Origin: Selenihalanaerobacter shriftii
Lineage (GTDB): Bacteria; Bacillota; Halanaerobiia; Halobacteroidales; Acetohalobiaceae
Assembly (NCBI RefSeq): GCF_900167185.1
Contig: NZ_FUWM01000022.1
Span: 7,683-31,682, forward strand
Reading direction: 5' to 3'
Length of the DNA: 24,000 bases
Shown: in pieces, positions 9,116-17,668 of the stretch
How the letters are laid out: every line of letters starts with the position of its first letter
Position numbering within the stretch: the stretch's first letter is position 1
Made by a program: the position numbers and the translations under genes
Notes under the pieces: generated by a model
What the model was told of the DNA's origin: nothing
The model's database searches: none
Seen by the model: only the letters and a program-made list of their open reading frames with translations

Positions 9116-10360
9116 CTACTGAATATTTTCTTGTAAAGCAATATCCTCTTTAGTTATTATTAAAGCTTTGACCCTAACTATATTATTCACTTCTTGGTTC
9201 ATAGATATTACCTTTAAATCTTTATCTATAATTACTGCATTTTCATCAAGTTTACTTAAAATCTTTTTTAAAACTCGCTTTTTAGCTAGTTTCTTAGCTT
9301 CAGCTAAACTCCGTCTTTCTTGGAATTCCTTAACTTTTATATATCTTCTTCTAATTATTTCGATAGGAAGATTAATATTCCTCCATGATGGTAAAGATTT
9401 AGTAGTCTTCTCTACTTTAAAATAAGTAAAAGGCGGTTTCTTAGGACCATAAAATTTAATCTCCATATCTTTATACTTAATACTAATACTATCAATGATA
9501 TCTTCTGTCTTCTGTTGATGATAATCTATTAGTCTAACCTCTCCATAGCTCTCATACCAGACTTTAGCCTTTACAATTCCTTTAGCTACCACTTTTTTTA
9601 TTTCTACAGGTTCTTGCTCTTTTTTAGATTCAGCATCTATTACTGTCTCTTCATCAGAAGGTTTAGAATAATATTTTATAGTTCCGCTAACTAATTTTTC
9701 TCCTGCCTGCACCACTTCTCCTTCTTTAATTACTGGTTGCCCCTGTAAGACAATTACTTCTTCAATTAATCCTGATTTTTTAGCAACTATATCAACTGCT
9801 TGTTCACCATTAGTCTGTTGATCGATAATAACCTTTTCTACTATATCTACTAACAACTTTGTCCCTTTTAACTCAACATTAGCCCAAGCAACCTCTGGCT
9901 GAATTCTTATTCTTTTTTCTACTTCTGAGATATCTAATTTATACTTCAACATACCATACTCAAACCCTGCTTTCTTTAATAAAGAAAAAACTTCCGCCTC
10001 TTTTGTTTCTTCTACTCCTTTAATTTCCACAAACCAAATAAAAGATGAAAGTATATATATGGTTAAAATAGCAACAACTACTCCCACAATAAAAGCTTTC
10101 CTGCTTTTAGATTTATTTATTAAAAATGGTAATCCATGTTTCGATTTTATTCTAACTTTACATTGTGCTCGCCTAACATATTTTCTAACTTCTTTAAAAT
10201 CTTTGGCACTTAACTTAGCTTCAAGTTGCCCTTCTTTATTAATAATATCCCAAACTTTTAATTCACTTCTGATTAAAAAATTAATCAACTTTTCTTTAGC
10301 ATAACCATTAATCTCAATTGTTAAATAACCATGAAATAAATATAATAACTTAAAAAGCAT
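9116..10360 (-). CDS. yqfD: Sporulation protein YqfD (stage IV-like)
   Basis: About 414 aa with a central TM helix (AFIVGVVVAILTIYILSSFIWFV), located immediately after yqfC. The track start at 10369 is a GTG lying inside the Shine-Dalgarno-like GGAAGTGA. The ATG at 10360 is 5 nt downstream of that Shine-Dalgarno, so I prefer it. Confidence 0.8.
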   Translation of the reverse strand: MLFKLLYLFHGYLTIEINGYAKEKLINFLIRSELKVWDIINKEGQLEAKLSAKDFKEVRKYVRRAQCKVRIKSKHGLPFLINKSKSRKAFIVGVVVAILTIYILSSFIWFVEIKGVEETKEAEVFSLLKKAGFEYGMLKYKLDISEVEKRIRIQPEVAWANVELKGTKLLVDIVEKVIIDQQTNGEQAVDIVAKKSGLIEEVIVLQGQPVIKEGEVVQAGEKLVSGTIKYYSKPSDEETVIDAESKKEQEPVEIKKVVAKGIVKAKVWYESYGEVRLIDYHQQKTEDIIDSISIKYKDMEIKFYGPKKPPFTYFKVEKTTKSLPSWRNINLPIEIIRRRYIKVKEFQERRSLAEAKKLAKKRVLKKILSKLDENAVIIDKDLKVISMNQEVNNIVRVKALIITKEDIALQENIQ

Positions 10361-10373
10361 AATTATCACTTCC

Positions 10374-10661
10374 CTAATAATATTTAAAATTAATATCCTT
10401 AATATATCCTGTAATTCGTGCTTCCTCCTTACTTAACTCTTCTATTATTAATTCCTTTCCCAAAATAATAACCTGTCCCTTATGAATTCTAATCCTAACC
10501 TTTTCTTGGTCATATTCAATAACCCCACGATGATTTTCTAAGTTTAGCTCTAAATTGCCAACAAGAGCAATTCGTGGCACATCAAGTACTACATCTTTCG
10601 GTAATTCGAAAAAATCAGCAAATTTATTTTTAAACTTTTCTTTAATACTATCATTTTCCAA
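10374..10661 (-). CDS. yqfC: Sporulation protein YqfC
   Basis: 95 aa with the YqfC family pattern ELPKDV-LD-PRI-L-G-----ENHRG. The start codon is TTG (10661..10659), preceded by a strong GGGAGGGG Shine-Dalgarno. Confidence 0.85.
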   Translation of the reverse strand: MENDSIKEKFKNKFADFFELPKDVVLDVPRIALVGNLELNLENHRGVIEYDQEKVRIRIHKGQVIILGKELIIEELSKEEARITGYIKDINFKYY

Positions 10662-10723
10662 TCCAACCCCTCCCTAACTACTTCTTGTATTAAATTTATG
10701 TCTAAAGGAATATAATAATAACT

Positions 10724-10758
10724 AAAATAAAAAAAGCTGACCTATATAGGCCAGCTTT
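10724..10758 (-). terminator. Rho-independent terminator closing the nfeD-floA-ORF155 unit
   Basis: The minus-strand RNA reads AAAGCUGGCC-UAUAUA-GGUCAGCUUU followed by UUUUAUUUU. This gives a 10-bp stem whose single imperfection is a G.U wobble on the minus strand and an A.C mismatch on the plus strand, which fits minus-strand function. Confidence 0.8.
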
Positions 10759-10848
10759 CTAGACTTACTATGTAATTTTATTAACTTTCCCTTGGATCAA
10801 ATGGTTGAATCTCACCATGTTTTAATACCAAATCTAATTATCTAGTAT

Positions 10849-11316
10849 TTATTTTCCCTTATTAAAATTATAAGGTCTCTTAGCACGAGGAGGTTTTAAA
10901 ATTTCTGATAATATAATACCTTGCTGTAATTGGCGATGTCCTAAATTATTTAAGTCCAAATTTTTTCTATCTTTTTTTCGCTTAAGATCTTTTTGTTCTG
11001 TCTCTATATCAGCTATTTTTCTTTTAACTTCATTCTTCTTTCTTTTAGCCTTATCCTGCTTAGCTTTTAACTCCATTAATTCATCATCTAATTTATTATT
11101 GGTTCTTTTTAATTGTGAATCCTGTTCTCTGACATGCCTTTGTTTTTTATTAATATCCTGCAAATTGCCCTTATCTTCTTTTAAATTAGATTCAGGATTT
11201 GGCTCCATAGGACTTTTATCTAAGTCTGGTTCCTGATAATTATTATTAAGTTTTTTGATAAAGGCAGAAAGCATAATATATCCAACATAAAGTATAAAAA
11301 GGATTATAATTTCCAT
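10849..11316 (-). CDS. Hypothetical membrane-anchored, highly charged coiled-coil protein; positional equivalent of B. subtilis yqfB
   Basis: 155 aa. An N-terminal TM helix (MEIIILFILYVGYIMLSAFI) is followed by a K/R/D/E/N-rich, predicted helical or disordered region and a basic tail (ILKPPRAKRPYNFNKGK). An AAGGAGGG Shine-Dalgarno sits 6 nt upstream of the ATG, 24 nt after the floA stop, and the strong terminator follows downstream. Confidence 0.6.
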   Translation of the reverse strand: MEIIILFILYVGYIMLSAFIKKLNNNYQEPDLDKSPMEPNPESNLKEDKGNLQDINKKQRHVREQDSQLKRTNNKLDDELMELKAKQDKAKRKKNEVKRKIADIETEQKDLKRKKDRKNLDLNNLGHRQLQQGIILSEILKPPRAKRPYNFNKGK

Positions 11317-11340
11317 ATCTACCCTCCTTGAATACCGAAA

Positions 11341-12327
11341 TTAATCATTATCAGCAGTATTCTTTTGTCCTTCGTGGTCAGTACCAGAAATACTCTCTCG
11401 CATCTGAGTATCTGCTTTTATATTCTGCATATTCATATAATCCATAACTCCCATCTTCCCTTCACGTAAAGCTTCTGCCATAGCCTTTGGAACTTCTGCC
11501 TCTGATTCTACTACCTTAGCCCGCATCTCTTGGACCTGGGCCTTCATCTCTTGTTCCTGCGCTACAGCCATAGCTCTTCTTTCTTCTGCTTTAGCCTGAG
11601 CTATCTCTTTATCGGCTTCCGCTTGGTCGGTCTGTAATTGCGCACCAATATTCTTACCAACATCCACATCTGCAATATCAATAGATAATATTTCAAATGC
11701 TGTTCCAGAATCTAAACCTTTATCTAATACAGTCTCCGAAATAGAATCCGGGTTTTCTAATACTTTCGTATGAGCATCTGCTGAACCAACAGTAGTAACT
11801 ATCCCTTCTCCCACTCGAGCTAAAATAGTTTCTTCACCAGCTCCACCTACTAAACGCTCAATATTAGCTCTAACAGTCACTCTAGCATTTGCCTGCACCT
11901 GAATTCCATCCATAGCTACTGCTGTAACTAATGGTGTCTGGATTACTTTTGGATTAACACTCATCTGCACCGCCTCTAAAACATCTCTTCCTGCTAAGTC
12001 TATAGCGGCTGCTCGTTCAAAAATCAAATCTATATCTGCTCTTTCAGCAGCAATTAATGCATCCACTACCCGGTCTACGTTCCCTCCAGCTAGATAATGA
12101 GCCTCTAAACGATCTACTCCTAACTTCAAACCAGCTTTATGAGACTTAATCATTGGCCTAACTATATTAGCTGGTGGTACTCTTCTTAACCTCATTCCGA
12201 TTAAAGTACCAAGACCTACTTTAACTCCAGAAGCCAAAGCAGATATCCAAAGTCCTATTGGGATTATGTAACTAAATAAAATAAAGAACCCACCAATAAA
12301 TATTATTGGTAAAAGTAAACTTGTCAT
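11341..12327 (-). CDS. floA: Flotillin-like protein FloA (YqfA/UPF0365, SPFH superfamily)
   Basis: 328 aa. It has an N-terminal membrane hairpin, an SPFH-like core, and an A/E/Q-rich helical segment ([44 protein letters not shown]). It lies directly downstream of nfeD, as in B. subtilis yqeZ-yqfA. Confidence 0.9.
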   Translation of the reverse strand: MTSLLLPIIFIGGFFILFSYIIPIGLWISALASGVKVGLGTLIGMRLRRVPPANIVRPMIKSHKAGLKLGVDRLEAHYLAGGNVDRVVDALIAAERADIDLIFERAAAIDLAGRDVLEAVQMSVNPKVIQTPLVTAVAMDGIQVQANARVTVRANIERLVGGAGEETILARVGEGIVTTVGSADAHTKVLENPDSISETVLDKGLDSGTAFEILSIDIADVDVGKNIGAQLQTDQAEADKEIAQAKAEERRAMAVAQEQEMKAQVQEMRAKVVESEAEVPKAMAEALREGKMGVMDYMNMQNIKADTQMRESISGTDHEGQKNTADND

Positions 12328-12340
12328 TATTAATCACTCC

Positions 12341-13645
12341 TTATTCTGTTAATTGCCTTACCACTATTCTCCTACCACGAGCAGCTATTACTTCAACCCT
12401 CTGCTCTTTTGAGATAAATCCTCCTTCTGAAACTACATCCTTTCTTTGATCACCTATTTGAGCAACTCCTGCTGGGCGAAGTGGCGTAATAGTTATACCC
12501 TGCTTACCAACTAAACCTTGATTATCTCTATTGCTAATATAGCCATCTTCTTTAGTTTGAGCAGTAGAAAGTTCAATTCTGCTCCAAGTAGTACTTGTAA
12601 TAAAATATTTTAACGCAATAAGTATACCAACTATACTAGACATTGTAGAAATAGTAATTACATAAATTGCAACATCTTTATTTTCAAAACTAAAAAATAA
12701 ACTACTAAGTACCGCAATAATCCCACCAATACCAGTTATTCCAAACCCTGGCACTACTAAAACTTCTAATGCTAAAAGAAAGATCCCCAGTATGAAGAAC
12801 AAAATCAATCCAAACCCAGTAGTACCTGCAATTAATCTCCCAGCAAAATATAATCCTAAAGATAATAAACCTACACTACCAGATGCTCCCCACCCTAGAG
12901 TAATTCCTTCAAGAATTAAACCTATAAAACCGATTGTAAGTAAAATTGTACTAACTAAAGGGTTTGAAGTAAAGCGAGCTAAGTTTTCCTTTAAGTTAGA
13001 ATTAATTATTCTTACTTCTGCTTGATGATAACCTCCTTGAATCAATGCTTCTTCCCTATTATTGACAACTCCATTTATAAATGTTAATTTCTCTGCCTCT
13101 TTAGCAGTTAAGGTTAATATCTGTCCTTGCTCCACTACTCCATCTATCTGAACTCTAGCATCTACCATAGCTGCTGCTAATTTAGGATCACGTCCTGTCT
13201 TTTCTGCTGTAGACTCAAATTCTTTCCGAAAAGCGGAAATGAATTTTTCTTCCTTAGGCCTAGTTTCAGCAGCTCCAATACTACTCCCAGAATTCATATA
13301 AATCTGATCACTGGCTGTAGTAATTAAAGCCCCTGCTGACCAAGCTCTATTCTCTACATATGCAATAACCGGTACATCTGTCTTTAAAATTGTATCTCTA
13401 ATTTCAGTAGATGCTTTTACTAATCCTCCAAAAGTATCTATCGATAACAAAATAGCATCTGCATTTTCTTCCTCTGCTTGCTGAATACCACGAGAAATAA
13501 ATTTAGCTAATCCTAAATCAATTGTTCCCTTCACTGGAATCTGATAAACTAATTTATTATTATTATTGGCTAAAGCTCTATGTCCTACTCCACCAATTAA
13601 CAACCCCAAAACAAGTAAAAGGATTAATAAACATCTTCTATACAT
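12341..13645 (-). CDS. nfeD: NfeD-family membrane-bound ClpP-class serine protease (YqeZ-like)
   Basis: 434 aa. A signal-like N-terminus is followed by a ClpP/crotonase-fold protease domain (DTFGGLV ... RAWSAGALI), a multi-TM middle region and a C-terminal NfeD OB-fold-like domain. It is paired with floA. Confidence 0.85.
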   Translation of the reverse strand: MYRRCLLILLLVLGLLIGGVGHRALANNNNKLVYQIPVKGTIDLGLAKFISRGIQQAEEENADAILLSIDTFGGLVKASTEIRDTILKTDVPVIAYVENRAWSAGALITTASDQIYMNSGSSIGAAETRPKEEKFISAFRKEFESTAEKTGRDPKLAAAMVDARVQIDGVVEQGQILTLTAKEAEKLTFINGVVNNREEALIQGGYHQAEVRIINSNLKENLARFTSNPLVSTILLTIGFIGLILEGITLGWGASGSVGLLSLGLYFAGRLIAGTTGFGLILFFILGIFLLALEVLVVPGFGITGIGGIIAVLSSLFFSFENKDVAIYVITISTMSSIVGILIALKYFITSTTWSRIELSTAQTKEDGYISNRDNQGLVGKQGITITPLRPAGVAQIGDQRKDVVSEGGFISKEQRVEVIAARGRRIVVRQLTE

Positions 13646-13694
13646 CTTACATCAATCCTTTCTAAATAATCACTTAATAATTACTTAGATCATA

Positions 13695-13730
13695 AATACA
13701 TAAAATACTCGGTACTAATCTAGCACCGAG
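13695..13730 (-). terminator. Weak candidate terminator after yqeY
   Basis: The minus-strand RNA reads CUCGGU-(11 nt loop)-ACCGAG followed by the U-rich UAUUUUAUGUAUUUAU. The stem is only 6 bp and the loop is large, so support is weak. Confidence 0.3.
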
Positions 13731-13752
13731 CATATGACCTATATCAATACAT

Positions 13753-14199
13753 TTATGATTGTAATTTTTCTTTAACTAATCTACTTACTTCACTACCATC
13801 AGCTCTACCTTTAGTCTGCGGTATAATTGCTCCCATTACTTTACCCATATCACTCATACCTTCTGCTCCTACTTTGTCGATAGTCTCTTCAACTAAATCA
13901 ACCAATTCGTCTTCTGACAATTGTTCCGGTAAATATTTACCCAAAATCTCAATCTCTTTTTTTAAATCAGCAACGACATCGTCTTTACCAACTTTTTTAT
14001 ATTCAGTAATCGATTCTTTTCGCTGTTTAACTTCTTTTGCTAAAACAGCAATAACCTCATCATCAGATAAGTCTCTTCTATCGTCTATTTCAACATTTTT
14101 AATTGCAGCTCTAGTCATTCTAATTACTGATAATTTCTGTTTGTCGCCCTCTTTCATTGCTTTCTTCATATCAGCAAGTAATTCTTCTTTCAAGGACAT
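13753..14199 (-). CDS. yqeY: GatB/YqeY-domain protein
   Basis: 148 aa with the typical YqeY pattern (LKEELLADMKKAMKEGDK ... LSVIRM ... AI ... KGRADG). The position matches B. subtilis yqeY. Confidence 0.85.
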   Translation of the reverse strand: MSLKEELLADMKKAMKEGDKQKLSVIRMTRAAIKNVEIDDRRDLSDDEVIAVLAKEVKQRKESITEYKKVGKDDVVADLKKEIEILGKYLPEQLSEDELVDLVEETIDKVGAEGMSDMGKVMGAIIPQTKGRADGSEVSRLVKEKLQS

Positions 14200-14257
14200 A
14201 AATCCTTACCTCCTTCTAAAAAATAAAATACATCCTAAATTAACTACTCATTTAATT

Positions 14258-14602
14258 TTAACCTGGTGGCCATTGTAGGCTTCTACCACCTAATAAATGA
14301 AAATGCAAGTGAAACACAGTCTGCCCACCTGCTTCATTACAATTATTAACGACTCTAAATCCTTCTTCATCAATTTCTTCTTCTTCTGCTAGTTTACCAG
14401 CAACTTGGTAGATATGACCAATTAACTCATTGTTCTTTTCAGTTAAGTCTAGAGTAGTTGGAATATGTTTTTTAGGAACAATTAAGATATGTACTGGTGC
14501 TTGTGGCTCGACATCTCTAAAAGCGACCACCTTATCATCTTCATATATAATATCACTATCCATTTCATGATTGACAATATCACAGAAGATACAATCCGAC
14601 AT
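14258..14602 (-). CDS. HIT-family (histidine triad) nucleotide hydrolase
   Basis: 114 aa. Contains the histidine triad HLHFHLLGG and the N-terminal CIFC motif typical of Hint-branch proteins. Confidence 0.9.
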   Translation of the reverse strand: MSDCIFCDIVNHEMDSDIIYEDDKVVAFRDVEPQAPVHILIVPKKHIPTTLDLTEKNNELIGHIYQVAGKLAEEEEIDEEGFRVVNNCNEAGGQTVFHLHFHLLGGRSLQWPPG

Positions 14603-14703
14603 ATTCTATTCCCTCCTTTATGCATACCTTTATAACATAGTTACAAATATATTCTTGACAGGATAATTAAACTCCTTCTTTTCTAAGTGCATAAATCATC
14701 AAA

Positions 14704-16011
14704 CTAATCTATAATTTCACCTATTAAATAATCTTCTGCCTCTCTTATTAACCCTACATCTACTAACTGCCCTTCATATTTATCATTTTCATCAACCATT
14801 ACTCGCAAATAGTTATCGGTTAAACCAGTTAATAGATTAGTCTGGTGGTTTCTCTCATCTTCCAGTAAGACATCTAGTTCTTTGCCTATAAATTCTCTGC
14901 GATAATCAACTGCCATACTCTTAGCTAATTCACGTAATTTTGCACTTCGTTTCTTCTTAACTTTAGAATGTACTTGATTAGATAAATTAGCAGCTGGGGT
15001 CCCTTCTCTTTTAGAATATTTAAAGACATGAAGATCACTAAATCCAATCTCTTTAATAAATTCATAAGTAGTTTCAAAGTTTTCATCTGTCTCTCCAGGA
15101 AACCCTACCATTACATCAGTGGTAATAGCAATTTCTGGTATTTTATTTCTAATCTTTTCTACTTTAGCAGCATACTCTGTAGTAGTATATTCTCGATTCA
15201 TTGCTTCTAATACTTTATCACTACCACTTTGCAAAGGTAGATGTAAATGACGACATAATTTCTTCTCATTAGCAATCATATTTATTAATTCTTCATTAAC
15301 TTCAGTAGCCTCTATTGAACTTAATCGAATTCTTTCAATACCATTGATCGGTAAGAGTTCTTTAATCAAAGTATTTAAATTATTTTTTTTCTCTCTCTCT
15401 TCTCCATAAGCACCTAAATGAATACCAGTTAAGACTATCTCTTTGAACCCATTTTCAGCTAAGCGCTTAGCTTCTGCTATAGCCTCCGTTAATTCTCTAC
15501 TTCTAATTGAACCACGGGTATATGGAATAATACAGTATGCACAAAAACGGTCACAGCCTTCTTGTACCTTTAATGAAGCCCGAGTCCTCTCATTAGATTC
15601 AGTAATAGGAATCTCTTCAAAAATATCAGATTCCATTACATCTTGAACATAATCTAAAGGTTTAGTAGCAGCCACTGCCTCTTCAACTAAACTAACAATC
15701 TCCTTACGACCTTCAGTACCTACTATTAAATCAATTCCTTCAATCTCTAAAACCTCTTCAGGAGAAACCTGAGGATAGCAGCCAACTACTGCTACAATGG
15801 CTTCTGGATTGCGGCGTTTTGCTCGTCGTGTTATCTTTCGAGATTTACTTGCGCCTTGATGCGTTACTGTACAAGTATTTATAATATAAACATCAGCTTC
15901 AGTATTAAAATCGACTATCTCATAACCAGCTTCTTTAAATAGATTAATCATAGACTCGGTGTCATATTGATTAACCTTACACCCTAAAGTATAAAATCCA
16001 ACTCGCTTCAT
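14704..16011 (-). CDS. mtaB: tRNA threonylcarbamoyladenosine methylthiotransferase MtaB (YqeV-type radical SAM MTTase)
   Basis: 435 aa. It has an N-terminal UPF0004 domain with conserved Cys residues, the radical-SAM motif CDRFCAYC, and a C-terminal TRAM-like region. It follows rsmE as in B. subtilis yqeU-yqeV, and its start overlaps the rsmE stop by 1 nt (TAATG). Confidence 0.88.
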   Translation of the reverse strand: MKRVGFYTLGCKVNQYDTESMINLFKEAGYEIVDFNTEADVYIINTCTVTHQGASKSRKITRRAKRRNPEAIVAVVGCYPQVSPEEVLEIEGIDLIVGTEGRKEIVSLVEEAVAATKPLDYVQDVMESDIFEEIPITESNERTRASLKVQEGCDRFCAYCIIPYTRGSIRSRELTEAIAEAKRLAENGFKEIVLTGIHLGAYGEEREKKNNLNTLIKELLPINGIERIRLSSIEATEVNEELINMIANEKKLCRHLHLPLQSGSDKVLEAMNREYTTTEYAAKVEKIRNKIPEIAITTDVMVGFPGETDENFETTYEFIKEIGFSDLHVFKYSKREGTPAANLSNQVHSKVKKKRSAKLRELAKSMAVDYRREFIGKELDVLLEDERNHQTNLLTGLTDNYLRVMVDENDKYEGQLVDVGLIREAEDYLIGEIID

Positions 16012-16760
16012 TATTCTCCTCCTAAGTCTCCTAATTCATATAAGACCATACTTAAAGCAGCTAAGCCTGCTGTCTCAGTTCGTAAAATACGTGGTCCTAA
16101 AGTTACTGACTTAGCTCCTAATTCTTTAGCTTCCATTACTTCTTCAGAGTCAAAACCACCTTCAGGACCAATAATAATTAGAATTCTATTATTATGTTCA
16201 GCTGATGATTTTAAAATTTTCTTCAACCCTATACTCTCTTCATCTTCCCAAGGCAATAAAATTAAATCATAATTATTAATTATTAATTCTAAATCAGCAA
16301 AATCTATTAAATCTTCAACCGTTGGAATTTTAGCTCTACCAGACTGTTTAGCAGCTTCTTTAGCAATCTTTTGCCACCTTTTTTGCCGCCTTTTGGCTTT
16401 ACTAGGTTTTAACTTAACTACAGTTCTTCTAGTCTCCATAGGGATAATCTTATCCATCCCTAATTCAGTACACTTTTGGACTATTAAATCCATCTTCTTA
16501 CTCTTAGGTAATCCTTGTAATAGAGTAACCTCTATTTCTGGTTCAACTTCTACTTGGAATTCTTTTTGAATTTCACCTAATACTAAGTCTTCTTGTGTGT
16601 CAATAATCTTTACAACATATTTCTTTCCTATACCATCTGCTACGCTAATCTTATCTCCAACATCCAGTCGAAGAGAACGAGTAATGTGTCGCACATCACT
16701 TCCAGTAATCTTCACTCGGTCTTCATTAATATTTTCAGGTTTCACAAAGAAATGATGCAT
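16011..16760 (-). CDS. rsmE: 16S rRNA (uracil1498-N3)-methyltransferase RsmE
   Basis: RsmE/YqeU family with a PUA-like N-terminus and a SPOUT C-terminus (IIIGPEGGF, LGPRILRTETA). I prefer the ATG at 16760 (MHHFFV...), which has a GGAGAGAGGAGAG Shine-Dalgarno 6 nt upstream. The 7-aa track extension would overlap prmA. Confidence 0.9.
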   Translation of the reverse strand: MHHFFVKPENINEDRVKITGSDVRHITRSLRLDVGDKISVADGIGKKYVVKIIDTQEDLVLGEIQKEFQVEVEPEIEVTLLQGLPKSKKMDLIVQKCTELGMDKIIPMETRRTVVKLKPSKAKRRQKRWQKIAKEAAKQSGRAKIPTVEDLIDFADLELIINNYDLILLPWEDEESIGLKKILKSSAEHNNRILIIIGPEGGFDSEEVMEAKELGAKSVTLGPRILRTETAGLAALSMVLYELGDLGGE

Positions 16761-16761
16761 A

Positions 16762-17649
16762 TTATTCTCTCCTCTCTCCAATAATCGTCACCCATTCTTC
16801 TTGATACTTTATTTCCTTAATCTTTAATCCAAGCTCTTTTAACTTATCTTTTATTTCTGCCTCTTTTTCATCTATAATTCCCGATAAAACAAATATACTA
16901 TCTTCATGCAAAACTTTTAAGATATCAGGAATTAGCTCTTTAATAATATGCGGTAATATATTAGCTACAACTAAATCATATTTTTCCTCAACAGTATTAA
17001 CTAAATCACCTTGCTTAACTACTACTTTATCTTCAATTCCATTAAGCTTTAAATTATCCTTTGCAACCTTTATAGCTACTTCATCAATATCAATGGCTAA
17101 TATATTTTTAATTTGTAATAAATTAGCAACTATAGATAAAATTCCGGTTCCTGTTCCTATATCTAACATATTCTGACACTGGCTATAATAATCTTCAATT
17201 GCTTCTATGCACATAGTTGTAGTTGCATGAGATCCTATTCCAAAGGCCATCCCAGGGTTCAGATCTATTATTTCTTCTCCAGATTGAGGTTGATAATCTT
17301 CCCAGGTTGGCTTAACTACTATTCTTTTCGTTATTCTCTCTGGTTTAAAATACTGCTTCCAAGAAGTACTCCATTCTTCTTCCGGTATAGTCTCTAACTC
17401 TACTTTACCAGAGCCAACATCCAATCCATATTCTGTCAATTGTCCGATCCTACTCTTTAGTTTAACCAACTTAGATTCAAAAGAATCATTAACTGGGAGA
17501 TAAGATTTAATTAATAAGTTATCTTCTGACTCTATTGTCTCTACTATTTCTTCCTGAATTAATCCATCTGTACCTATCTCCCGTAAAATATTATCAATAG
17601 CTGGCAATGATTCATCTTTGGAGAAAATTTTAAGTTCTACCCACTCCAT
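16762..17649 (-). CDS. prmA: Ribosomal protein L11 methyltransferase PrmA
   Basis: 295 aa with the SAM-binding motif DIGTGTGILSI and the PrmA N-terminal domain. It follows dnaJ as in B. subtilis. Confidence 0.92.
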   Translation of the reverse strand: MEWVELKIFSKDESLPAIDNILREIGTDGLIQEEIVETIESEDNLLIKSYLPVNDSFESKLVKLKSRIGQLTEYGLDVGSGKVELETIPEEEWSTSWKQYFKPERITKRIVVKPTWEDYQPQSGEEIIDLNPGMAFGIGSHATTTMCIEAIEDYYSQCQNMLDIGTGTGILSIVANLLQIKNILAIDIDEVAIKVAKDNLKLNGIEDKVVVKQGDLVNTVEEKYDLVVANILPHIIKELIPDILKVLHEDSIFVLSGIIDEKEAEIKDKLKELGLKIKEIKYQEEWVTIIGERRE

Positions 17650-17668
17650 GATTTTAATCTCCTTTAAT

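Noticed and set aside
10662-10723. A sigma-E-type promoter for yqfC (ATATT ... CATAAATT).
   Set aside because: The two elements are only 8 nt apart, whereas about 14 nt is expected. I could not support the call from sequence alone.
10768-10818. A 16-codon minus-strand ORF (MVRFNHLIQGKVNKIT*) in the 3' UTR of ORF155, examined while looking for a hidden rpsU or another small protein.
   Set aside because: It has no Shine-Dalgarno, no resemblance to S21 and is very short. It is most likely non-coding.
14603-14703. A promoter or terminator in the mtaB-HIT spacer, including a TTGACA on the plus strand and a TGT-TATAAA extended -10-like element on the minus strand.
   Set aside because: There is no properly spaced -35/-10 pair on the coding strand and no stable hairpin. 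The matches are what AT-rich sequence would give by chance.
16761-16781. N-terminal extensions in the ORF track: rsmE MERGENN-, dnaJ MRWWIYI- (18782..18802) and hrcA (GTG)RVI- (22593..22604).
   Set aside because: The extensions overlap the upstream gene or the gene's own Shine-Dalgarno. In each case a downstream ATG has a properly spaced Shine-Dalgarno and gives the canonical family N-terminus ([23 protein letters not shown]).
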